NCBI GenBank assembly: GCA_043228905.1
Contig: JBHGNT010000001.1
Coordinates: 19,654,001-19,718,000, forward strand
Reading direction: 5' to 3'
Length of the DNA: 64,000 nt
From: Azolla caroliniana
Lineage: Eukaryota > Plantae > Polypodiophyta
The notes under the pieces were generated by a model. The model ran no database searches and was not told the DNA's origin. It worked only from the letters and a program-made list of their open reading frames with translations. The position numbers and the translations under genes were made by a program. Shown here in pieces: positions 26,001-37,807 of this stretch (position 1 is its first letter; each line of letters starts with the position of its first letter).

Positions 26001-28285
26001 ATACCGGAACCGGCCCCGATCCCGAAATGGATTCGGATGAAGAGGAAACGGAGGAGCCGGTTACCGAAGCTCCGGAACGGAGATATCCTCTAAGAGAGAG
26101 AAGGGCCCCCCGGAGATTTCCGGAACCAGAGCACGTGCTGCTAACCGACGAGGGGGAGCCGGAGAGTTTTGAAGAAGCAAAGCTTGACACCCATAGCCAC
26201 AGGTGGTTAAGTGCCATGCAGGAGGAGATGGATTCCCTGCATGAGAACCACACATATGAACTTGTGGAGTTGCCGAAAGGAAAGCGGGCACTTCGAAACA
26301 AGTGGGTGTTCAAGCTGAAACCGGGAGATGCCGGAAACCCCCCGAGATACAAAGCCAGGATCGTGGTGAAGGGGTTCCAGCAGAAGAAGGGCGTCGACTT
26401 CGACGAGATATTTGCCCTGGTAGTGAAGATGACCTCCATCCGGACGGTGCTGAGCATAGCGGCAAGCATGGACCTCGAGGTAGAACAGATGGACGTGAAG
26501 ACGGCATTCCTTCACGGTGACCTCGAAGAAGAGATCTACATGCAGCAACCGGAAGGATTCGAGAAGAAAGGGAAGGAGCACCTGGTATGCCGGTTGAAGA
26601 AGAGCCTTTACGGACTGAAGCAGGCTCCCCGGCAATGGTACCGGAAGTTCGACTCTTTCATGACCGACGGAGGGTACCACAAAACGCAGTCCGATCACTG
26701 CGTGTTTGTGAAGAAGTTCGAAGGAGGAGACTTTCTAATACTCCTCCTATACGTGGACGACATGTTGATCGTCGGACGGGACCAGGTCAAAATACGGATG
26801 CTGAAGAAAGCGCTTCACCGAACCTTCTCAATGAAGGACCTGGGTCCGGCGAGGCAAATACTAGGGATGCACATCATCCGGGACCGGAAGAAGAAGCAGT
26901 TGTGGCTGTCACAGGAGAAGTACGTGACAAAGGTGCTTCACCGGTTCAACATGTCGGAAGCAAGACCGGTCAGGTCAATCCTCCCGGCAAACTGCAAGTT
27001 GTCCAGCAAGCAAAGCCCCAAGACAAAGGCTGAGAAGGAGGACATGATGAAAGTACCATATGCCTCTGCCGTCGGAAGCTTGATGTACGCAATGGTGTGT
27101 ACAAGACCGGACATAGGATATGCAGTCGGAGTGGTGAGCCGGTACATGAGCAATCCCGGCAAAGAGCACTGGAACGCGGTCAAGTGGATACTCCGATACC
27201 TGAAGGGCACGGCAAACGTGTGCCTCCGATTCGGCTCCGGTAAGCCCGAACTCGACGGCTTTACCGATTCGGATATGTCGGCTGATGCAGATACCAGCCG
27301 GTCCACATCAGGGTATGTGTTGACGTATGCAGGGGGAGCGGTGTCGTGGCAGTCGAGGCTGCAGAAGACGGTTGCATTGTCAACCACGGAGGCGGAGTAC
27401 ATGGCGGCTGTTGAAGCCGGCAAGGAAATAATATGGATGAAGGACTTCATTAGAGAGCTCGGTATCCGGCAGGAGGAGTACCGACTCTACTGCGACAGTC
27501 AGAGTGCCATCCACCTTGCGAAGAACGCGGCCTATCACTCCTGGACGAAGCACATCCAGCAAAGATATCACTGGATCCGGGAAAGGATAGAAGACCAGGA
27601 GTTCGTGCTGACAAAGATCCACACGGACGAGAACGGGTCAGATATGCTGACCAAAGTGCTCACACCCGACAAGCTGGAAGCGTGCCGGAAGAGGGTCGGA
27701 CTGGAAAGACATCCCATGCCGAAGTGAAGGGGGAGTTTGTTGGGATTACGGTCCCTCCGGATGGGATGGTCAGATGTCCGGGAGCCGGATGATGAAGACC
27801 CCGGCTACGGAGCCGGATGATGAATGTACCCGGAGAGAGATCCGGATGCGGGGACATATTTGTGAATATGTTTGCCAAGGGCCCTTGAGGCTATATTTGT
27901 AAATAGCCCGAAAGTCATATGTGTATAAATATGACTTAGGGCAAACAGTTTGTAGTTGTTGCTCATTTTTCTGTTTTCCATTTAGAGGGAGCGAAGTGAG
28001 AGCAGCCGAGAGAGAGACGAAGAGGTCGTTGCCTCTGTGTATTACCGCCGCCTGTGGCGAAGACAGTGAGCACAAGGTTGTTGCCTTGTAGCTTCACCAT
28101 TGTACATCCCTGTTTATAGTGATGGTTGGAGTCTGAGGACTCCCGTGGTTTTTCCCATTTAGGGTTTTCCATGTAAAACATTCTGTGTACTCTTCTCTCT
28201 ATTGTCTCGTGCATTTTGTATTTCCTGTTTTCTGAGAGTTGATCCTATTCCTCAGTTGTGGCCGAGCGCTAAGTGTTCTGCAATA
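23075..28285 (+). mobile_element. Copia family A, copy 3: young intact element
   Basis: 548-bp LTRs 23075-23622 and 27738-28285 with ~3 transitions; TSD gagag; Met PBS 23626-23637; PPT gaagggggag overlaps the stop codon. Confidence 0.97.
23654..27727 (+). CDS. intact Copia gag-pol polyprotein (1357 aa from first ATG)
   Basis: Uninterrupted ORF: CFYCGKPGHFQKNC, WVVDSGAS, LWHKRLCH/CTDC, VHTDVC-RADNGGE-LAERMNR (DDE), LLYVDD, FTDSD-TEAEY-CDSQSA-SDMLTK. Confidence 0.95.
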   Translation: MEGGGSGPPGMMVLNSQNYADWKIKMEDLLIVRDLYEPIDNVEIPKGVIESEWKLLNRKAVATIRQYVDVSVLQHVANDTNAYEMWQKLSGLYERKNALTRTSLMRKIVNLKYRDGESMVEHVSTFMGFVNQLAAIKFPLDDAMQAIMLMCTLPESWENLVVTLSTSCKEENLSLLTVKTSILNEEARRKDKEPASDSKALLTESERGRQRNRSPQRREKSGTRSQSRGRPTCFYCGKPGHFQKNCRHFRKDNGTDGTDSKKSTERNGAYRGATDRRGPDRRGQDRKGTTALAASEEEIMLITEERELNLAGEEMTWVVDSGASFHLTPEKKYFSSYTAGEHGCVRMGNEGTCRIAGIGDVWLMTSTGCKMLLKDVRHVPEVRLNLISAGRLDDEGYTGSIQNGVMKFSKGSLIVARARKVNTLYLMNSRLCPEELNVAADTAGELWHKRLCHMSEKGMKRLAEDNLIPVKHVHLEKCTDCLAGRQNRASFHSRPPTRRSAPLELVHTDVCQVETKSHGGAQYFVTFIDDHSRKLWTAPLKTKDQVLCVFKELHARVERESGKKLKAIRADNGGEYRGQFAEYCRSKGIRLEFTVPKTPELNGLAERMNRTIMERVRSMLAHAKLPKGFWAEAMSTAAYVINRSPSVPLDGDTPQKVWTGKEVSYRHLKVFRCLAYVHVAKDRRGKLDPKTRPCIFLGYGDDEFGYRVWDPVDKKIFRSRDIVFMEDKTLADWESEKKMKSSKSTGEDQLYEEQSRPARDRLALEDPAEDGEETKPAEEDETDTGTGPDPEMDSDEEETEEPVTEAPERRYPLRERRAPRRFPEPEHVLLTDEGEPESFEEAKLDTHSHRWLSAMQEEMDSLHENHTYELVELPKGKRALRNKWVFKLKPGDAGNPPRYKARIVVKGFQQKKGVDFDEIFALVVKMTSIRTVLSIAASMDLEVEQMDVKTAFLHGDLEEEIYMQQPEGFEKKGKEHLVCRLKKSLYGLKQAPRQWYRKFDSFMTDGGYHKTQSDHCVFVKKFEGGDFLILLLYVDDMLIVGRDQVKIRMLKKALHRTFSMKDLGPARQILGMHIIRDRKKKQLWLSQEKYVTKVLHRFNMSEARPVRSILPANCKLSSKQSPKTKAEKEDMMKVPYASAVGSLMYAMVCTRPDIGYAVGVVSRYMSNPGKEHWNAVKWILRYLKGTANVCLRFGSGKPELDGFTDSDMSADADTSRSTSGYVLTYAGGAVSWQSRLQKTVALSTTEAEYMAAVEAGKEIIWMKDFIRELGIRQEEYRLYCDSQSAIHLAKNAAYHSWTKHIQQRYHWIRERIEDQEFVLTKIHTDENGSDMLTKVLTPDKLEACRKRVGLERHPMPK

Positions 28286-29929
28286 GAGAGTCTAATTTCA
28301 CTCCGTTTAAGTGGACCAATTGGACGACTGAGTTGGTACGACCAGTCCGATGAAGAGCCGGCGAGTAGTGGAAACTCGGCCGTGCATTCCCCGCGCAGGA
28401 AGCCGAGGAGACGGCTTACGCGCAAAGAGAAAGGGAAGAAGAAGGTGTCAGATTCCGGCACGGATAAGAACGAGTCAGACCGACACGAGTCCAACTCCGA
28501 GGGAACCGATGACGGGCCTTTAAAGGTGAAGACCGCATCGACCGAGAAGGCCTCGACATCGGCTAATGTGAGATTACGCCGATCTACCCGCCAGAAGAAT
28601 CTTGTTTTGCGGTTCGGATACAATGAGTACATGGCGCATCATTATGCGTACATGACCCGTGTAGTGGAAGTGCGTGAGCCGGAGAGCTACGCAGAAGCGG
28701 CTAAAGACGCGAATTGGCGTGCCGCAATGGAGGAAGAGATGCACGCATTGGCGGAGAACGAGACTTGGGACCTGGTTGACGCACCAAAAGGGGTTAAACC
28801 GATCGGGTGTAGGTGGGTGTACAAGGTCAAGTACAATACCGATGGTTCGGTCAACCAGTACAAGGCTCGGCTAGTGGCAAAGGGCTACGCGCAGAAACAC
28901 GGCATCGACTACGATGAGACGTTTGCACCGGTCACGAAAATAACGATCGTCCGTGTTTTGCTCGCAGTAATTGCAGTGAAGGGGTGGCACTTACATCAGA
29001 TGGATGTAAAGAATGCATTCCTACAAGGTGATCTTGAGGAATAGGTGTACATGGTACAACCCCCCGGATTTCACTCAGGAACGAACTCCTCGGCAGTATG
29101 CCGATTGAAGAAGTCCCTTTACAGACTGAAGCAAGCCCCGCGTGTCTAGAACGTGAAGATCACGCAACAACTGCGTCGGATGGGCTTCGTCACGTCAAAA
29201 TCGGACTCTTCCCTGTTCATCCGGAAAGGTCGACTCGGACCGATTAGTATTTTACTATATGTTGATGACTTGGTCATCACCGGCGCCGACCTACGGGAAA
29301 TCGACTGCGTGAAGCTCCAGCTTGCGGCATCATTCGACATGAAGGATCTAGGGGACCTTCATTACTTCCTCGGGATCGAAGTGATCCGTACCCCCGAAGG
29401 CATATTGATCAGCCAACGTCACTATGTGCTGAGTATGCTCTTCAAATTCGGGATGGCCGACTGTAAGTCAGTCTCGACTCCTCTGGACAAAACCGTCAAG
29501 CTTCGTCCCGATACGGGAACGGTATGCGACCCGACGAGGTTCCGACAAATTGTCGAAAGCCTCATATACTTGACCATCACCCGACCCGACCTCAGTTATC
29601 CGGTCGGAGTGATCAGTCAGTTCATGGCGCAACCTACCGAGGAACACCTTCAGTGTGCGCAACGCATACTTCGGTATGTCAACGGCACTAAGGACAGGGG
29701 ACTGCTATATCGGACCGGTGCAACCGCGCAGTTAGTCGGCTACACCGATGCTGACTGGGCTGGCAACGCCGCCGATCGCCGATCCACGTCCGGATACGCA
29801 TTCTCCCTCGGGAGTGCCGCGATCGCGTGGAGCAGTAAGAAGCAGCCGACAGTTACACTGTCGAGCACCGAAGCTGAGTACCGAGGAGCGGCTGTCGCGA
29901 CATGCGAAGCCATATGGTTGAAGCGGATG

Positions 29930-32900
29930 TGGTGAGAACCGGATGAGGAGTACCCGGCTACGGAGAGCCGGATGGTGTAGACCTGGTGAGAACCGGATGA
30001 GGAGTACCCGGCTACAGAGAGCCGGATGGTGCAGACCCGGTGAGGAGTGCTCACCGGATGAAGAGACATATTCGTAAATATGTTTCTGAGAGTCCATCAT
30101 GGCTATATTTGTAAATAGCCGAAAAGTCATATTAGTATAAATATGACTTAGGGCAAACTTTTAGCGTAGTTGTTATTCTTGTTGGTGCGAGAAGAGAGAG
30201 CGTGTAACCGTGTACAGAGAAAGAGAGAGAGACAAAGATGTCGTTGCCTCTGTTGAAACCGCCGCCTGTGGCAAAGATCGTGAGCACGAGGTCGTTGCCT
30301 CCGTGAACTCACTGTTGTACATTCTAACATAGTGATAGTTTGCAGCCTGTGGGCTGCCGTGGTTTTTCCCTAGTTTGGGTTTTCCACGTAAACATCCTGT
30401 GTACTCTTCTCTTCACTGTGTCGTGCATTTATCTCCCGTTTTCTGTGTATGATTCTAAGCTCGGTTGTGGCCGAGCGTTGCGTATAGGGAGCGTGCAGTT
30501 CCTGTCACCTTTCACGTCAAGTTCACCAAAGATGTCGCGAAGTTTAACGGGTATGTGTAGAATTTCAGGCGAGAGCACAGGGGTCTTGGACTAGGGAGTG
30601 ATGAAGCGTAGGAAGTCGTCACTCCCTAGTTCCTGTCAAGTGGTATCAGAGCGAAACCACATAGAAAATGGACGATTCGTTGGGAGGCATGTTCAAGTTC
30701 ACCAGCTCCAACTATTCAGTGTGGAAGTCGAAGATGAGGGACATGCTCGTGGTTAATGACCTCTGGCTGCCGGTTCAGTTCGGGGACAAGAGACCGGACA
30801 AAATCGACGCAGTGATATGGGAGGTGATGCACATGAAGACAACGGCGTACATACGGTGCTTCATCGACATGAGCCTGTACAACAACTTCAATGAAGAGAG
30901 CAAGGCTCATGAGATCTGGGAGAAGATCGGCATAATGTTTCAAAACAAAAATGTTGTTAATCAGGTTTCGGTATTCCGGAAGCTAGTAAGACTCCGGTAC
31001 CAAGATGGCTCCAGCATGGCGGAGCACATGAATGCCTTCCAGGGGCTGATACACCAGGCAACATCATTGGAAGTACCTCTCGCCGACAAGGTACTAGCGC
31101 TACTCCTGCTCGGTTCCCTCCCAGATAGCTAGGAGACATTGGTTGTCACTTTGGGCAAAGCCGGGCCGGAAGGAAAGCAGTTATCCCTAGCAAGAGTAAA
31201 GTCGAGCTTGCTAGATGAGGAGGCGCGTCGGAAAGATAAAGATACGAGCTCCGACTCCAAAATGCTCCTTACCAAATCGGAACGCGGAAGACAAAGAAAC
31301 CGTAGTCCCCAGAACCAGGAAAAGTCGGGGACACGATCAAAGTCAAGGGGGAGACCTACTTGCTTCTATTACGGCAAGCCGGGACACTTCCAGAAGGATT
31401 GTCGGCATTTCCAAAAGGACAAGGAAACCGACGGTACCGATTCGAAGCGGATACCGGACCGGAACGGTAAAGACTAGAAGGGGACGGACTAGAAGGGGAC
31501 GACGACAATCGCGGCAAGTGAAGAAGAGTTGATGCTCATCATCGAGGAGAGTGAGATAAACCTTGTTGGCGACGAGATGACCTGGGTGGTAGACTCCGGA
31601 GCGTCGTTCCACGTTACCCCAGACCGGAAATGCTTCTCATCCTACTCAGCCGGTGATCACGGTTGTGTCCGGATGGGGAATGAAGGAACATGCCGAATTG
31701 TCGGCATAGGAGACATGTGGCTGACAACACCAACTGGATGCAAGTTGCTGCTGAAGGATGTCTAACACGTTCCGGAGGTTCGTCTGAACCTGATATCAGT
31801 CGGTCGGCTAGATGATGAAGGCTACACAGGTAGCATCCAGAACGGTGTCATGAAGTTCAGCAAAGGGAGCCTGATTGTGGCTCGGGCCCGGAAGGTCAAC
31901 ACACTGTCCCTGATGAATGCACGGTTATGTCCGGAAGAAGTGAACGTGGCATCCGACACTGCCGGTGAGTTGTGGCACAAGAGGCTATGTCATATGAGTG
32001 AGAAGGGGATGAAGAGGCTTGCAGACGACAACCTCATTCCAGTGAAGAACGTGCACTTGGAGAAGTGCACTGATTGTCTAGCCAGTCAACAAAACCGGAC
32101 CTCCTTCCAACCAAGGCCACCGATGAGACGTAATGCACCACTGGAGTTGGTGCATACGGATGTGTGTCAAGTAGACACGAAGTCACATGCCGGAGCGCAG
32201 TACTTCGTGAAGTTCATAGATGACCACAGCCGGAAGCTGTGGGCCACACCGTTGAAGACGAAGGATCAGGTGCTATCCGTCTTCAAAGAGCTCCACGCGA
32301 GAGTGGAAAGAGAAACCAACCAGAAGCTGAAGGCGGTTCGAGCAGATAACGGAGGAGAATACCGGGGGCAGTTCGAGGAGTACTGCCGCTCAAAGGGAAT
32401 CCGACTCGAATTTACCGTGCCGAAGACACCAGAACTAAACGGACTGGCCGAGAGGATGAACCGGACCATAATGGAGAGGGTCCGGAGCATGCTAGCGCAT
32501 GCAAAACTACCCAAGAAGTTTTGGGCTGAGGCATTGTCAACGGTGACATATGTGATAAATAGATCACCCTCAGTACCCTTGGACGGAGACACGACACAGA
32601 GAGTATGGACCGGTAAGGAAGTATCCTACCGGCATCTGAAGGTATTCGGGTGTCTCGCGTACGTGCATGTAGCTAAGGACCGGAGAGGAAAGTTAGATCC
32701 AAAGACCCGTCCATGCATATTCCTCGGTTACGGTGACGATGAGTTCGGCTACCGAGTGTGGGACCTAGTCGACAAGAAGGTTTTCCGGAGTCGAGATATT
32801 ATCTTCATGGAGGACAAGACGCTCGCCGACTAGGAGTCGGAGAAGAAGATAATGAACTCTGAGTCGACCGGTAAGGATCGACTCTACGATGAGCAGATCC

Positions 32901-35445
32901 AACCGGCAAGAGACCGGTTAGCACTCGAGGGACCAGCCGGTTACGGTGAGGATACCAAACATGTTGAAGAAGAAGTAGAGGAAGCTGAAACCGGAACTGG
33001 CCAAGATCCCGAATCGGATTCGGATGAAGAGCAAATGGAGGAGCCGGTTACCGAAGCCCGAAGATGGAGATATCCTCTCAGAGACAGAAGGGCGCCCTGG
33101 AGATTTCCGGATGCAGAGCATGTTCTGCTGACCGATGAGGGGGAGCCGGAAAGCTTCGAAGAAGCGAAGGATGACACCCAGAGCCGCAAATGGTTAAGTG
33201 CCATGCAGGATGAGATGGATTCCCTGCATGAGAACCATACGTACGAATTGGTGGAGTTGCCGAAAGGAAAGCGGGCACTCCGAAACAAGTGGGTGTACAA
33301 GTTGAAACCGGGAGATGCCAGCAACCCCCCAAGATACAAAGCCAAGATCGTGGTGAAGGGGTTCCAATAGAAGAAGGGCATGGACTTCGACGAGATATTT
33401 GCCCCGGTGGTAAAGATGACCTCCATCCGGACGGTGCTGAGTATGGCGGCAAGCATGGACCTCGAGGTAGAACAGCTGGACGTGAAGACGACATTCCTTC
33501 ACGGCGACCTCAAAGAGGAGATCTACATGCAGCAACCGGAGGGATTTGTGGAGAAAGGGAAGGAGCACCTGGTTTGCCGGTTGAAGAAGAGCCTCTACGG
33601 GTTGAAGCAGGCTCCCCCCGTCAATGGTACCGGAAGTTCGACTCCTTCATGGCCGATCAAGGGTACCACAAGACGCAGGCTGATCACTGCGTGTTTGTGA
33701 AGAAGTTTGAAGGAGGCGACTTCCTGATACTCCTTCTGTACGTGGTTGACATGTTGATCGTCGGACGGGACCAAGTCAAAATAAGGATGCTGAAGAACGC
33801 CCTCAACCGGACCTTCTCAATGAAAGACTTGGGTCCGGCAAGACAGATATTGGGGATGCATATTATCCGGAACCGGTCAGTGAAGCAATTATGGTTGTCA
33901 CAGGAGAAGTATGTGACAAAGGTGCTTCACCGGTTCAACATGTCAGATGCGAAACCTGTCGGATCGACACTTCTGGCAAACTGCAGGCTATCCGGTAAGC
34001 AAAGCCCGAAGACGAAAGCAGAGAAGGCAGATATGATGAAGATTCCATATGCCTCTGCCGTCGGGAGCTTGATGTACGCAATGGTGTGTACCCGACCAGA
34101 TATAGGATACGCAGTCGGAGTGGTGAGCCAGTTTATGAGCAATCCCGGCAAGGAGCACTGGAACGCGGTCAAATGGATACTTCGGTATTTGAAGGGCACT
34201 TCAAATATGTGTCTCCGATTCGGCTCCGGAAAACCTCAACTTGACGGTTTCACCGATTCGGACATGTCGGCTGATGTGGATACCAGCCGGTCTACATCCG
34301 GGTATGTAATCACATATGCAAGGGGAGTTGTCTCGTGACAGTCGAGGCTGCAGAAGACGGTTGCATTGTCAACCACGGAGGCGGAGTACATGGCGGCTGT
34401 GGAAGCCGGCAAGGAATTGTTATGGATGAAGAACTTCATCGAAGAGCTCGGTATCCGGCAAGATGAATATCGACTCTATTGCGACTATCAAAGTGCCATC
34501 CATCTTGCTAAGAATGCGGCCTACCATTCCCGGACGAAGCATATCCAGCGAAGATATCACTGGATCCGGGAAAGAGTAGATGACCAGGGGTTCGCACTGA
34601 CGAAGATCCACACGGCCGAGAACGGGTCAGATATGCTGACCAAAGTGCTGATACCCGCCAAGCTGGATGCATGCCGGAAGAGGATCGGACTAGTAAGACA
34701 CCCCATGCCGGAGTGAAGGGGGAGTTTGTTCGGAGACAGGTCCCTCCGGATGGGAAGGGAGAAGAACAGTGCTGATGAACAAACTCTGCCGAGGACGATA
34801 GGCTGAGGCCGAAACCGGATGACGAGTACCCGGTTACGGAGAGCCGGATTGTGCAGACCTGGTGAGAACTGGATGAGGAGTACCTGGCTACAGAGAGCCG
34901 GATGGTGCAGACCCGGTGAGAACCGGATGAGGAGTACCCGGCTACGGAGAGCCGGATGGTGCAGACCCGGTGAGGAGTGCTCACCGGATGAAGAGACATA
35001 TTCGTAAATATGTTTCTGAGAGTCCATCATGGCTATATTTGTAAATAGCCGAAAAGTCATATTAGTATAAATATGACTTAGGGCAAACTTTTAGTGTAGT
35101 TGTTATTCTTGTTGGTGCGAGAAGAGAGAGAGCGTGTAACCGTGTACAGAGAGAGAGAGAGAGAGAAAGAGAAAGAGGTCGCTGCCTCTGTTGAAACCGC
35201 CGCCTGTGGCAAAGATCGTGAGCACGAGGTCGTTGCCTCCGTGAACTCACTGTTGTACATTCTAACATAGTGATAGTTTGCAGCCTGTGGGCTGCCGTGG
35301 TTTTTCCCTAGTTTGGGTTTTCCACGTAAACATCCTGTGTACTCTTCTCTTCACTGTGTCATGCATTTATCTCCCGTTTTCTGTGTATGATTCTAAGCTC
35401 GGTTGTGGCCGAGCGTTGCGTATAGGGAGTGTGCAGTTCCTGTCA
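29930..35445 (+). mobile_element. Copia family A, copy 4 (5' LTR 5'-truncated and rearranged)
   Basis: 5' LTR remnant 29930-30507; Met PBS 30641-30652; degenerate gag-pol 30668-34716; 3' LTR 34727-35445; the LTRs contain ~54-bp tandem units (ggtgagaaccggatgaggagtacccggct...). Confidence 0.92.
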
Positions 35446-35449
35446 CCTT

Positions 35450-36299
35450 TCACGTCAAGTTCACCAAAGATGTCGCGAAGTTTAACGGGTATGTGTAGAA
35501 TTTCAGGCGAGAGCACAGGGGTCTTGGACTAGGGAGTGACGAAGCGTAGGAAGTTGTGCTTCACCATTTCCGGGGCATCCTAGAAGCACACCGCAAGCAA
35601 CCGAACGGGAGAGAGAAAGAGAGAGAGTGTGCACTTGACACTGACTCACACCCACACCCACACACCACGCCAACCCAACTCACGCCCTTATGTACAGAAA
35701 CGGAGATAAGAGAACACCAAAACACCCACACAAACACCGGTGCGCAGAACCCTCCATGCATATATTACAAGACTAAGATACAATACTGGTATCGAGCCCC
35801 ACCTAAGTAGCTCAGGTTACAACAGTCATGTAATGCCAAGCCGCTAGTCGGGGGAGGGGGGAGCTCTCGGGCTTGTCGTGCCGAACGGGTTCTTGCACAG
35901 AGAACGGGCAGAAAACAGGAACACGAGATGCCAAGGCTCGATACTCAGAACGACGAAGAGGAAGAAGCAGAGAAAAGAAACGAAACCGTAAACAAGAGGA
36001 AAGAAAGAGGAAGAGAGAACGTTTCTTCCTCTAACGGTATACCCTACGAATGCAAAAATGGGCAACCCCTTCTCAAGAGGCACTCCCTTCCTTTTATAGA
36101 ACAAGGAGGGAGATGCATTACAATGTGGGATAAATCCCGACCTACATGGGATTTTGTGTCCCGACTTGACTACTTTTCGGCACCATAAAGGCGCCCTCGT
36201 TATTCACACTAAATGTACAAGGGTGATCGCACATGCTGCACCCCGTCGATATAGCCAATATTTCCCGGTTTCCGCCTCTGGCCGAAATTCTTCACGACA
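35450..36299 (-). mobile_element. 5' LTR plus tRNA-Trp PBS of a Gypsy element (internal part lost)
   Basis: LTR 35471-36299 is homologous to the 51067 LTR (tgtcgtgaagaatttcggccagaggcggaaaccggga); PBS tggtgaacttgacgtga on the minus strand at 35450-35466. Confidence 0.9.
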
Positions 36300-37807
36300 C
36301 CGATGCCTCACTAGCTTCTGGAATACCAAAACCTGATTAACAACATTCTTGTTCTGGAACATGATGCCGATATTATCCCAGAGTTCATGAGCCTTGCTCT
36401 CTTTATTGAAGTTGTTGTACAGGCTCATGTCGATGAAGCACCTTCGTCTTCATGTGCATCACCTCCCTCATTATGGCGTCGATCTTATCCGGTTTCTTGT
36501 TCCCGAACTTAATCGGCAAGCAAAGATCTTTAACCACCAGCATATCCCTCATCTTCGACTTCCACACTGAGTAGTTGGAACCGGTGACCTTGAACATGCC
36601 GCTGAACGATTCTTCCATTTCTCGTGTTGTTCACTCTGATACCAATTTGTTAGGAATAGCGCGGAATATAGCTCGGCCACAACCGAGTAATGAATCACTT
36701 CAATGAGAATCAAACACAGAAATGGGAGGTGGAGAGTACACAAAGGAAATACACATGATGTTTACGTGGAAAACCCAAATAGGGAAAAATGACCTCGAGC
36801 TCTGTATCTTCACCAACCGGCGGTTACAACAGAGTATCTCTCTGTATCTAAGGCTCTCTCCCTCTCTATCACTCCCTCTCTGTACAACTAAAATTATTGC
36901 CCTAAGTCATATTTATACTTATATGAACTATTTACAAATGTAGCCTCAATAGGCTTACTCAAGACATATTTACAAATTTGTCTTCTCTTCTGGTTCTCAC
37001 CAGGTTCATCCGATCCTGTTTCCGAATCTCTTCATTCATAGCCGGATCCCATCCGAAGGGATCGATATCTCAACAAGTCGGTCACCGATTTCCCTTGCAT
37101 TCCGAATGTAGCCCAACATCTGATCGTGGACACAAGATGCAAGGCAGTACAAGACTCTCCTTGCTCCTTGCTCCTTGCTCCTTGCTCCTTGCTCCAGCTG
37201 CCATGCCCGAGTATTCCCAAGATACGTAGTTGCTTTTGTCCAACTTCTTTGTCAAAAGAACACCACTGATACCTCCTTCCATGTTTCTTTTCTTCCTTTT
37301 CCGGAACCCTGATGATGACTCTTGTCAGTAAGCTAAATCGAATGTGAAGGATGCTTCTCAACCCTCACACTCTAATACCACATAAAGAATTATGTACGCG
37401 GAAGCTTGTAAACAATCACAGTTAGGTAAGAACACGGACAAAACATAATACAATAAGTGTGAGCAGGAGAGACAAGGAGAGATAGAGAGAGTAGAAGACC
37501 AAATGTAAATTCAAAAATGATAATACTCTATATTTACAATGTGCTCAGTGAGCACATTTAATACAAACCCTAAAGAATGGGCTGCCACAAGTATTAACAG
37601 GTACTTGAATGCTCAGTAACTGAGCCTGACACTAACGACCTATAATATTCCTATTTACTAAAATAGGAATATAAGCCCCTAATGGCTTGTCAGATTCCAT
37701 CCGACTCGGCCTAACCGATTGGTCTTCATCTGATCCGGCTTTCAGTTGCTTCAACCGATCTCAGCTTCTTCAACTGATCTGGCCCATGTTGAGCTTGCTT
37801 CTCAACA

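Larger units (their letters stand above)
20243..29929 (+). mobile_element. Copia family B, copy 2 (3' end deleted within RNase H)
   Basis: 5' LTR 20243-20643; Met PBS 20644-20655; gag-PR-INT 20728-23074; after the insert it resumes at 28291 with RT (LLYVDD) and RNase H (YTDADWAG). Confidence 0.9.
9399..37075 (-). mobile_element. Copia family A (Tnt1/Tork-like), copy 1, carrying a ~26-kb nest
   Basis: LTRs 9399-9884 and 36648-37075; TSD agtcg (9394-9398 / 37076-37080); Met PBS 36633-36644; polypurine tract (PPT) ~9885-9895; RT/RNase H 9896-10709 and 15704-16336; gag start 36300-36618. Confidence 0.85.
5626..37807 (-). mobile_element. Copia family B, copy 1 (oldest host of the left nest; 3'-truncated in RT)
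   Basis: 5' LTR ~37381-37807; degenerate Met PBS at 37370-37380; gag start 37081-37282 (KKLDKSNYVSWEY), resuming at 9398; integrase 7405-8300; [15 protein letters not shown] at ~5626-5665. Interrupted by inserts at 6478-7291 and 9399-37075. Confidence 0.8.
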
